The notes under the pieces: generated by a model
What the model was told of the DNA's origin: nothing
The model's database searches: none
Seen by the model: only the letters and a program-made list of their open reading frames with translations
Translations under genes and position numbers: made by a program
Shown here: positions 51,451 through 61,480 of the stretch, one piece after another
Numbering within the stretch: position 1 is the first letter of the stretch
How the letters are laid out: every line of letters begins with the position of its first letter
From: Rhynchobatus australiae
Taxonomy: Eukaryota
DNA: 64,000 bases
NCBI GenBank assembly: GCA_034780895.1
Contig: JAUZTB010000070.1
Location: 23,124,717-23,188,716 of the forward strand
Direction: 5' to 3'

Positions 51451-52339
51451 GTAGTAATGAGAAAATGGCACATTACTTGATTTTGTGATTGCATTGTCAA
51501 AAATAACAAGTTTTTTTAAAATAAATGCGATTTTAAGGTAAAAGTGAATTTGGTCATTGGTTTGGCTATCCCATAAACCATCACCAACCCAACTTCCAGT
51601 CTCGGACACATTAGAATTGGTCAAAAGGAATAGATTTCAAGCAATTTCCATACAAACCATATTTATGTTGCAAGTGAACTGGGACAGGAATGACAGTGTG
51701 TGGAACCAGCTACTTAGTCAGAAAGCTTGGTCATACTTCCAAAGATTGCACCTGAGAGCATGCTGCCAGAACGTTCCCAGATGTGCAACCAACAAGCTTT
51801 GATGTCTTGCCGATCAGTAGGCGATTCGCTCCCATTTTTAAATGGGATGCACTTAAGTCAGATAACTGGGGGCTGAACATCGTCCTTTAACATCATGTGA
51901 CAACTTCTGAGCTATGGTTTGAGATCCCTCCTATGCTTTTCATTTGGCTAAAACAATTATAATACTTTGCCAACAATTCCAATGCAGCATTCACAAAGAA
52001 AGAGTTTTATACAGAATGGGACAATCTACAATCAAATAACCTCCAAAGTAGAACAAAAAAGCTGAAAAGATATTGTTGCATAAAGTTAGGATCATGAACA
52101 ACAAGAAAGCTATGTCAACTTTATACATATAATGGTTGACCAGCTAGGACCAGAGCAGTGATTATAGTCTGGACAGTCAATCAAGATATACCCATATAAA
52201 TAAACAATTTAAATTTAAACACTGAGTTTTCCCCCCAGAGTGTTTAAAACAGTACAAGAGGAGAACCCTGAATTCTAGTAAATGATCTCACCAGGTTGAT
52301 AAATTAGTTGAATGATCAATTTATCAATTGATTGACAAG

Positions 52340-52580
52340 AGACCAAATCCCACCATGGTAGGTTCAAAATAAAAATAAAACTGGGGTAAAAGGCCAATAT
52401 CCACAACTCACTTGGTTTACTAAATCTTCCATAATTACTTGGTTTGGCCTAGTGTGACCCCAGATATACAGCAATGACGTTAACTCTCAAGTGCCTCCTA
52501 GGCTCACGGGCAATTAGGAATGGGCAATAAATGTCAACATTGCAAGCAGTGTCCACATACCATGAACTAATAAAATAAAT
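52340..52580 (+). mobile_element. Decayed SINE with LINE-derived tail
   Basis: aaatcccaccatgg head remnant and gggcaattaggaatgggcaataaatg...ccacataccatgaactaataaaa tail; similar tail at 42500-42590. Confidence 0.55.
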
Positions 52581-52841
52581 TGTATAACTGGGAAGACTGA
52601 TGGCAAAATTCTGGTTATCCACTGAAATTCATGCAGAGGTCATTTAATGCTGCTGCTTGGTTTTCCTCAATGTGGAAAGGGATGAGGCAGTTATTTGTTA
52701 TTAATCACTGAGTGAAAGCAGAAATCACAAGTATTTAAGAAGGCATGCAAACACAAGACTTAAGTTTGAAAGAGTTGAAACCAGACATAATTACATTGTG
52801 CTTTCTGAGTCATTGAGTCAAATGAGGCAAAAAGTGTACAA

Positions 52842-53264
52842 GAGCTGATGTCTCAGGAAGGCAACATCAATCATTAAGGACCCCCACCATTCGGGCCATG
52901 CCCTCTTCTCACTGCTACCATCAGGCAGGAGCCTGAAGACCCACACCTCAAAATTCAACGACTTCTTCTTCCCCATTGCCATCAGATTCTTGAACTGACC
53001 TGAAAGGCTATACATTCTACGTCAGACTATATTTCCCTCAACTTGCAATAATGTCACTGCATTCACATGCTAATGTAAATGTCTTGTATTTATATCCCAA
53101 TATTTTAGTGTGTCGTGTAATTTATGTTAAGTTTACGTAATTTAAGTTCGTCATATCTGTGATGTACTGTGCTGCTGCTGCAAAAAGCTAATTTTCATGG
53201 CATTTATACCCTCTGCTTCAAGTTTATTGTCATGGGTATGTCTGCCCATGACAATAAACTTGAA
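52842..53264 (+). mobile_element. Rex1/Babar-like LINE 3' end
   Basis: CLRKATSIIKDPHHSGHALFSLLPSGR..LKTHTSKFNDFFFPIAIRFLN remnant, then tgacaataaacttgaa tail. Confidence 0.78.
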
Positions 53265-53270
53265 GCAGAG
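53211..53270. repeat. Perfect 26-bp inverted repeat with 8-nt loop
   Basis: CTCTGCTTCAAGTTTATTGTCATGGG tatgtctg CCCATGACAATAAACTTGAAGCAGAG. Confidence 0.97.
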
Positions 53271-53482
53271 TGACAGGTCACTATTTAGAAGGGCCTGTGT
53301 GAGTATGCATGCATCCGCATACAGAGAGGGGCAGTGATTGTTAGACCGGGTGGGCCGGGGTTTGCAGGGTGTCGGGGCTCACTGAGAGCACACAGCAGCG
53401 CCGGGTGATCATCCCCGGGCTACTGGAGCCCGGCCTCGGGAACAGGCTCCGGTTGCACCTGGTCGCGGGGCCGCGGATTTAC

Positions 53483-53606
53483 CTGAGCTTCTGGTGGGCC
53501 GCCTCCTAAGCTGCAGACACCGGTGACAGCCCGAGGAGAGGAGGAGCAGCTTCCTCAGAGGGAGGACGCCGGCGTTGCGGGCCACGCCGAGTTTCAGCGC
53601 CAACAT
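53483..53606 (-). CDS. POLRMT: POLRMT exon 1 coding part (124 nt, phase 1): MLALKLGVARNAGVLPLRKLLLLSSGCHRCLQLRRRPTRSS, mitochondrial targeting peptide-like
   Basis: ATG in CpG-rich island; Arg/Leu/Ser-rich with no acidic residues; donor CAG|GTAAAT; phase matches exon 2. Confidence 0.85.
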
Positions 53607-53653
53607 CTCGCCTCTCCGTCGGTTGTCAGGGGCGCATCTTCCGCTCCAGCCGC

Positions 53654-53664
53654 CGCGCATGCGT
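53654..53664. promoter_or_regulatory. NRF1-like site CGCGCATGCGT
   Basis: Near-match to the NRF1 palindrome GCGCATGCGC about 50 nt upstream of the ATG; NRF1 is an established regulator of nuclear-encoded mitochondrial genes. Confidence 0.7.
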
Positions 53665-53710
53665 AAAGCGCTCGCAGTGCACGAAGGGAATTGAAGGCAA
53701 GCCGCAAAGA

Positions 53711-53735
53711 ACTACAAGTCCCATGATACACCGCG
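53711..53735 (+). promoter_or_regulatory. ZNF143/Staf-type motif with ACTACA extension (ACTACAAGTCCCATGATACACCGCG)
   Basis: Matches the ACTACAnnTCCCA promoter motif of vertebrate housekeeping genes. Confidence 0.75.
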
Positions 53736-53854
53736 CACAATGCAACACATGGCACCAGATGTACTCCACGTTGTAAATCAGTACTGCAAAGAATACTTTT
53801 ACTTTTGAACTGCTGAATCTATGTGGACCCAAAGGCGTGGGCTTAATTTGTGCA

Positions 53855-54830
53855 TGAAAATCAAAAACAAAACTGAGGATGCTTGAAATTTGAAATAGAA
53901 ACAGAAATTGCTGGAAACACTCAGCAGATCAGGCAGCATCTGTGTAAAGAGAAACAGTTCATATTTCAGGTCTGAGATTTCTCCAGTGCAAGGGAGACCC
54001 TTTTGGTATTGGTTTATTATTGTCACTTGTACCGAGGTACAGTGAAAAACCTGTTTTGCAAACTGATCATACAGGTCAATTCATTACACAGTGCAATTAC
54101 ATTGAGTTAGAGTGCATTGTGTACATCAAATGCTGTACACTAGAATGGGGACAAGAGGGACAACATAAATTGCAGAGAAGGTGGCGGGAGGAATGGATAG
54201 CACAAAGAGAATATCAGCAATAGGGTGAGAACAGGTCTTGGACTAATGGGAGCAGTTAGAGGCTGATTATGCTTCTATTGTCTGCGTAATGTGTTCCTCA
54301 CAGCAAGATGTGGGATAGGCCCAGCAAGTGAGCCTGTACTAATGGACAGAGAAAAACTGAGCCAAAATCATAGATGGATAACCAGCAGAAATTCCAGTTG
54401 AGATAGACACAGAAAGAAGGAACAAATTATCCGAAGTTGAAGAATTTGATATTGAGTCGGGAAGGCTGTAACATGCTCAGACGTGGTTTTGTTCCCCACG
54501 CTTGCATTGGGCATTATTGTAACAGTGCAGGGAGCCACAGATGGATAGCTCAGAGTGAGAATGCGGTGAAGAATTAAACCGGAAACTTGGCATTAGAGCT
54601 GCTGACTGTATTCTGCAACATGATCACTCACTCTGTGTTTGATTTCTCCAATGCAAGGGAGACCACATTGTGTCCATCAAATGCTGTACACTAGATTGGA
54701 TGAAATGCAGGTGAATCACTGCTTTACCTGGGAAGAGTGTCCAAGTCCCTGGATAGTGGGAAGGGACAGGTGTTACATCCGTGGTTGCATGGGCAAGTAT
54801 GGTCATCTTGCCATCCAGAATTATACATCA
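53855..54830 (-). mobile_element. Decayed Penelope-like element 3' part (GIY-YIG endonuclease and pLTR), interrupted by a LINE tail at about 54005-54125
   Basis: Minus-strand remnants CNTCP..TIQGLGHSSQVKQ*FTCISSNLVYSI*WTQCGLPCIGEIK and FNSSPHSHSELSICGSLHC; pLTR at 53860-53990. Confidence 0.78.
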
Positions 54831-54859
54831 GCTTGAGAAGATGAATGTGTGTGTAATCA

Positions 54860-57080
54860 GTATGACTCTCTTATTGTGATGCCCCAGTTCTAGATATCTC
54901 TATTAAGGGAAACTTCCTCTCAGTATCCGCCCTGTCAATCCCCTTCACGATTTTATATATTTCATTAAGATCACCTCTAATTCTACTATACTCCAATGAG
55001 TTTAGGCCCAACCTGCTCATCTTATTTCATATGTCAACACCTTCATCTCAGGACTCAACCTAGTGAATCTTCTCTGGATACATGCATATCCTTCCTTAAA
55101 TATGGAGACCAAAACTGTACTCTGAAGTCCAGAAATGGGTAAGGTGGGATGGAGGTTTGGCCTCACCAGTGTCCTGTAAAGATGCATCAAAACTCCATAC
55201 CTTTTGCAATAAGGGCCAACTTTCCATTAGCCTTCCTAGTTTCTTGCTGTACCAGAATGTTATCTTTTTGTGTTTCATGTACTGGGTCCCCCAGATCCAA
55301 TTGGACCACACATTTTGTCCCCGCACATGATTTAAACAATAATCTGCTTTTATTGTTCTTCCTTCATGTTCTCATGTTATACTCCATCTGTCAACTTCTC
55401 GCTCACTCACCTAACCTATCTATATGGATTTACAAGATCTTTGTGTCCCAGTCACAACTCACATCTCAGCTAAATTATCTACAGTGCTCTTGGTTACTTC
55501 ATCCAACTCATCAGTTTAGATTAGAAACTAGCTGAGGCCCCAGTACTGAATCCAGTGGCACCTAACTAATTACTAATTGCCAATCTGAAAATGACTCATT
55601 TATCCCATTTTCTGTTTATCGCATCCCTATCCATGCCAATATAATAGCCCCAACTCTATGTGCCCTTGTGTTATGGATTAACCTTTCACATGACACCTTA
55701 ATAAATGCCTTCAAGAAATCTAAATACGCTGAAAGCTGTGTCATAGGTAGACAAGGTGGTGAAGAAGGTGTTTGGCACATTAGCTTCGTTAGGGCATTGA
55801 GTTTAGGAGTTGCGACGTTACAGTTCTACAAAATTTTGTGAGACGATATTTTTGTTCGTTCTGTTATAGGAAAGACATTATTACACTGGAAAATATGCAG
55901 AGAAGATTTACGAGGATGCTGCCAGGACTCGAGGGTCTGAGTTACAAGGAGAGGTTGGTCAGGCTTGGACTTTACTCCTTGGACTGTAGGAGAATGAGAG
56001 GTCACCTTATAGAGATGAACAAAATCATGAGGGGTATAGACAGAGTGAACATGCAGTCTTTTTCCTAGTGAAGAGGAACTAAAAACTAGAGGGCATAGGT
56101 TTAAGTTGAGAGGTGAAACATTTAAAAGGGACCTGGGGGCAACTTCTTCACACAGAGAGTGGTGCATACATGGAATGAGCCATCAGAGGAGGTGGTTGAG
56201 GCAGATGCAATGAAACATTCAAAAGACATTTGGGTGGGTACATGGATAGGAGGGTTTTAAAGGGATAGGGGTCAAATGCAGGCAAATGGGACGAGATTGG
56301 TGGGCACCATAGTTGGCATGGATGAGTTGGGCCAAAGGGCCTGTTTCCATGGTGTATTACTCTTTGACTCTATGACATTACATCAGCTGAACCCCCTTTA
56401 TCTATCCGGGTTATTATATCCTCAAAGAATGCTTCCAAATTTATCAAACAGAGTATTCTTTTCATAAAACCATGTTCACTCTGCAACATTGTCTCACGAT
56501 ATCCTAAAAGTCCTGCTATTACCTCCTTAATATGAATTTTAACACTTTCTCATTGATAGAAATTGGGATAAGTGGCCTATAGTTTCCTGCTTTCTGTCTC
56601 CATTCTTTCTTGAGCAATGACATTACACCTGTGATTTTCCAATCCTCTGGGAACTCCCCAGCATCCAGGGGTTGATCGCAACCAATACCTCTGCTATCTC
56701 TACAGCCACTTCTTTTAAGATCCCAGGATGCAGGTCATCAGATCTGGAAGACTCACTGGCTTTTAGCCCCATTAATTGGCCCAATACATTTTTTCCAGTG
56801 ATGGAGATTGTTTCATGTCCATTCCTCTATAGAGCTCTGTGATTATCCATTATTATTAGGATTTTTTTGTGTCTTCTACAATGAAGGCTGATCCAAAGTA
56901 ATTATTTAAACTCTCTGCCAATTCTCTAATTCTCCAGTTTCATACCATTTACTTTAGCGCTCTCTTCTTTATATACCTACAGAGGCTCTTACCGTCAGCT
57001 TTTATATTATTCACAGATTTACTCTCTCCTTCTTTATCTTCTCCTTCTTTATGATCTATTTTAGTCATCCTTTGTTGATC
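54860..57080 (-). mobile_element. Old CR1 LINE (about 54860-55726 and 56377-57080) split by a nested opposite-strand CR1
   Basis: RT-region remnants on both sides; DGKSLCRYIKKR near 57000; sequence resumes after the insertion. Confidence 0.75.
55727..56376 (+). mobile_element. Younger CR1 3' fragment nested in the older CR1
   Basis: RKDIITLENMQRRFTRMLPGLEGLSYKERLVRLGLYSL ORF; gggccaaagggcctgtttcc...tgactctatgac tail. Confidence 0.85.
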
Positions 57081-58161
57081 CAGTGTCTCAGAGGGTATCA
57101 CTTTTTGGTATCTAAGTAAGGCCCAGCAGAGTCCCTCCATCGTTTCAGATATCACATCAGCTATCGAAGGCAGAATTATATCGAAAACAGGGCATGGGAA
57201 GACTCCATTTGCCACAACTAATCTATGCTGGAATCTCCTCCTATTTCATCTGTCTTACCTCAACCTTTCAGCACCTCTATACCAAGTCCTCACTAATTTT
57301 TTTTTGAAGCAAAGTACATCAATCTATCAATTCCTTGGAGCTTGTAGTAACAACCAAACTGAGGCTAGCAATAGAATCATAATGTCATTTACAAAAGGAA
57401 GGCAGTTGGCCCACGATTGAAGTACTGGCTGATTTCTGGAATGACCTGAAACTAATCACATGGCCTCTTTTTCTCTCTAAAGCCACCCACTTTCTCCTTC
57501 AAGTGTCTATTTTTCCTGTAAACATAATCATTTAATGGCTCCCAATGGCAAAAGCATTTCATGCGCCAATAACTATAAAATAAATATTTCCTATTTTTTT
57601 CTCTTCACTCTTGTAAATAGGCTGATGTGATTTTTATCAATAAAATTATAGACACAGGAAATTCCATCCCCATATTAAGACAGTCTGGATCACAGAGGAG
57701 CCAACTAATCCCACAGGCTCAAGACATTAAACCACTCACAAATTGATAAAACTCAACTGTGAAGAGAAGGGCAGATGCAGGTCTGGTAAACAGAAAGAGA
57801 TAATGGTGGATTGCTAAGCAAGTGGCTGTATTTTAAGATACTAATTGCTTCCACAAATTAGCAGCTCGAAGCAAGGCCAGTGGATAAAGGAGAAAAATGT
57901 CTCCCCATTTGTTAGGCTCAACATTGCCCCTCACTTCTGGACCTCTGGATCCGTGCACTTAACCTTCAACAAAGTCATTTCAATCCAGATAGGAAGTTTG
58001 GAAAATTAAATGAAATTCACAAGAATTCCCAAGAGTACCTTGTTATCGACCCAATGCAGAAGTCCCATGGCAACTCAAAAGTGTATCCACAAAACTATGG
58101 GTGATGGAGATGCTTGAATGACGGATAAAATAAAAAAACATCTCCTTAGTGTGTGAGCGTA

Positions 58162-58506
58162 GTCACGACTGGCACATTCCAGGCTGCAGGAGTACGTGCT
58201 GAGGGATACACTGAAGCTGGGCGCAGCCAATGCAAGGGCTCGGTGGGGAAGGGCTAGAGTTTAGGGTTCTTCTGCCACTGGAGAGGGAGGGGTGGGGTCA
58301 GGTGAGAGAACCCCTTAAATATTGTAAATACGGGATTGGGGTAGCACCCCAGGGAGCCACACGAGTGGCATCAGTACTGTGTTTTTTTATATAAAAAGGT
58401 AACACTAATGATGATCCAAACACAAATGTAAAGGTTTTTGCTGTTTTATTGTTGTATATAGTTTGTTTTTTAAGATGAATAAAGTTTATTTTGGAATTAA
58501 AAAAAC
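58162..58506 (+). mobile_element. Tx1-clade LINE 3' end
   Basis: RLAHSRLQEYVLRDTLKLGAANARARWGRARV* C-terminus, 3' UTR with aataaa and A-tail. Confidence 0.65.
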
Positions 58507-58844
58507 AGACCACGTGCCTGGTCCACAAGTGGGAAGCTTTGAAGTGATACACTCTGCTCCTCCTGAAGCAGTTGCCAGACTAAACCAACTGTAAAATTAT
58601 GTTTGCTTTCCTACATGTATCTGCCATATGGAAAATGTTTAGTAATGCCTTTAACCAAGGAAACACCAGGTGGCAGTGTCTGTATACAGATGTGGAAGTT
58701 AAATTACGGGGTCATATTTACTTCAAGCAGAGCAGTTCAACATTTTGGGATGTATTGACTCAGGCTACCAACTTACTGTGTGGTTGTAGAGAAATGGAAA
58801 TATAATATTAAAAGCTGTGAATGAGGCTCTGCAAAGTGTTAAAA

Positions 58845-59078
58845 CAGCCACTGTCTGTAAGGAGTTTGTACGTTCTCCCCGTGTCTGTGTGGGTTTCCTC
58901 CAGGAGCTCCAGTTTCCTCCCACGTTCCAAAGATGTACAGGTTAGGAAGTTGTGGCCATGCTATGTTGGCGACGGAAATGTGGCGACACTTGTGGGCTGG
59001 CCCCAGAGCACTCTATGCAAAAAGATGTATGTCATGGTGTCTTTCGATGTACGTATATATCTATCTATCTATCTAATT
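58845..59078 (+). mobile_element. 5'-truncated V-SINE (HE1/MER6-like core)
   Basis: ggagtttgtacgttctccccgtgtctgtgtgggtttcctcc...tttcctcccacgttccaaagat core; (tatc)n tail. Confidence 0.78.
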
Positions 59079-59954
59079 CATTATCACTGAACAACAGGGT
59101 TTGAACTACTGATTTAAGTACGTTTGTCTTTTGCAGTGGTCATGTAGAAACCCCTACAGAACCACTGTTTGTGGGACAGACTTTGCAAGGTGGAGGTCAA
59201 AGAGGAGCTGGAGTTCAGAGCTGCTCCCACCATGATCTCACCAGTAAGTCCAGTGGTGCACCACTGATGTGCAAAGTTAACACACCAGATGGACTTCACA
59301 TCTGCCCTCTCAGCTTTAGTCTGGCATGAGTAGTGCAGACCCATTTACTTCATGGGGTCACTGAGACTGAATGAAAAGGTAAGTGCAGACAAGTGGTTTG
59401 TTTCTTATTATGCTCCCTAATCCTGACGTTTTAATTGATTTATAACACTTAGCTATTTACTTAAGTTATTATGTTTTTATTTTAATTTTTTTTTTAGTTT
59501 GTTAAATCCATTTAAGAACATTCCAAGCCTTTGACAGCAGTGAACTGTCAGAAAGCCATCTGGGCCCTTGAGTTCAGGACTTCAGGAGTTGATTCTAAAA
59601 CCCACTTGGTGTTCAGCAACCACTTCTCTTCACAGGACAACTATGCCAACAGAACCTCATGACAATTACCAGTATGGTCATATCACTAACATTGCTGAAT
59701 TAACCCATTTGTACTGCTTTGGTTGGCCATTTCCAGGAACATTAAAAGGCCTGTGCCAACTTACTTTCACCTCTGAGAGTGGCACAATGGGTGCTGTAAA
59801 TGTGTGGATGTGGGATTAGAGAAAGTGGCAAACATGAGGAGCAGTTCAAACCGAGCAAGGTTCAGCCCATTGAAATCCACAGCCAGGGTCATTGAAGACA
59901 AAGACATTGGTTGTGACTGAATCCTGAAATACAAACATTTGCTTATTTTCTACA

Positions 59955-60505
59955 GGAAATCTACAGGAGGTGCTGCCTCAAAAAGGCAACATCCATCATC
60001 AAAGATTCCCACCATCGGGGCCACGCCATCTTCTCACAGCTACCATCGGGCAGGAGGTACAGAACACTAGAGTCCCACACCTCCAGGTTCAAGAACAGCT
60101 ACTTTTCTTCAACCATTCGGTTCTCGAACCAACTGGCAAAACTCTAATCACTATAGTTTAGCAACACTATGACCACTTTGATCACTTTGCACTAAAATTA
60201 ACTTTTTTTTGTTCTCATNNNNNNNNNNNNNNNNNNNNNNNNNNNNNNNNNNNNNNNNNNNNNNNNNNNNNNNNNNNNNNNNNNNNNNNNNNNNNNNNNN
60301 NNNNNNNNNNNNNNNNNNTGACCACTTTGATCACTTTGCACTAAAATTAACTTTTTTTTGTTCTAATTGTGTTATCTCTTGTAAAACTTGTGTATAATTT
60401 ATGTTTTTGATGCTAATGTGCCTGTGATGCTGCTGCGTAAGTTTTTCATTGCAACTATGCAAACATGTACTTGTACATATGACAGTAAACCTGACTTTGA
60501 CTTTC
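59955..60505 (+). mobile_element. Rex1/Babar-like LINE 3' end
   Basis: RRCCLKKATSIIKDSHHRGHAIFSQLPSGRRYRTLESHTSRFKNSYFSSTIRFSN; tgactttgacttt tail. Confidence 0.8.
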
Positions 60506-60689
60506 TACTTACTGCTTCACTGAAGCCTTTCAACATTATTGAGAAAGATTTCCATTTATTTGGTGTCTCTCGCATCCTTTTCAGGGTTTTCAATGCATTA
60601 TAAACCTTTGAAGAGAAGTCACAATTATAATATTCAAAAAGGTGGCAATCAATCTGTGTATAAATTCTCAGCAATACCAACATGATACT

Positions 60690-61480
60690 GAGTAGACATC
60701 CTGAGTAATTTGAGGAGTATGGTAATATTGGGTCAGTTAGGTCAGGACACTCAGGCTTCTGCACCTCCTGCCTGATGGAGAGAAACTCGCTTTTTCTTCC
60801 TTGCAAATGTCCCAAGATTCTCTTTGACCAACTGAGAGAGCAGCCTGGGACTCAGTTTAACACCTTAAACAAAAGGTGGCACCTTCAAATGTTTCATGTT
60901 GGAGTTTCAGCCTACATTTTTGTTCTCAAGTCTTGGAGTATGAACTGAACCCATAACTTCCAACTCAGAGATAAGAGTGCTGGTAATTGAAGAACAGCAG
61001 AAGCAAATTGAACAACACTGTTCCCTGCTCGCAATCTCTTTTTGTGTTGACCAGGATGAAATAAATTCATGATTCTGTCTGTAGGGGGTGCTGCTGCTGC
61101 AGAGTAAGAGACCATTTTGGCTTTGTATGTGACATAAAATGATCCATTTCTGATCATGAAATCCCAGGTACTTTCTGATTGTGCCTCGCTCACAGGAGCA
61201 TCAATTTGCCTTCTCACTCCATGCAGGGTTCCTGCTAAAAATTGGCAACGTTTTGTGAAAGCATGCAATTATCATTTGGGACCTAATGTAAAAGATAAAA
61301 AAAAGGCTTATATTTATATTGCATCTTCCATCATCTCACAGTGATCCAAAGCAGGCCAAGGTCAATGAACTGGGAAATGTAGTAGCCAATTTCCACATGG
61401 AAGTTCCCCTAAACAGCAATATGATCAGAAAGTCTGTTTCAGTAATGTTGACTGAGGGATAACTATTGGCCAAGGCACCA
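60690..61480 (-). mobile_element. Decayed Deu-domain SINE-like remnants (also about 63270-63830 and 32600-32930)
   Basis: gttgactgagggataactattggccaaggcacc, ctcagtttaac and ccttccaactcagag-type motifs recognised by eye. Confidence 0.45.

Larger units (their letters stand above)
4375..53606 (-). other. POLRMT: POLRMT gene span (mitochondrial DNA-directed RNA polymerase, T7-like single subunit); 15 coding exons visible, 3' part not found in window
   Basis: Spliced translation gives targeting peptide, PPR-like region, intercalating hairpin, HNMDFRGRTYP, motif A (HQ|[10 protein letters not shown]), motif B (RKVVKQTVMTVVYG) and EWVTPLG. All visible junctions are GT-AG with compatible phases. Confidence 0.98.
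53330..53745. promoter_or_regulatory. CpG-rich island / POLRMT promoter and first exon
   Basis: The only strongly GC- and CpG-dense stretch in the window; overlaps exon 1. Confidence 0.85.

Noticed and set aside
52296-52327. 10-bp AT-rich inverted repeat TTGATAAATT/AATTTATCAA
   Set aside because: Short and AT-rich; plausible by chance in this composition.
14226-60365. Direct repeats flanking ~100-N gaps (14226/14346, 16296/16420, 40232/40353, 42936/43056, 60170/60319)
   Set aside because: The same sequence on both sides of fixed-size gaps indicates overlapping contig ends or unresolved haplotype bubbles, not real repeats or a CRISPR-like array.
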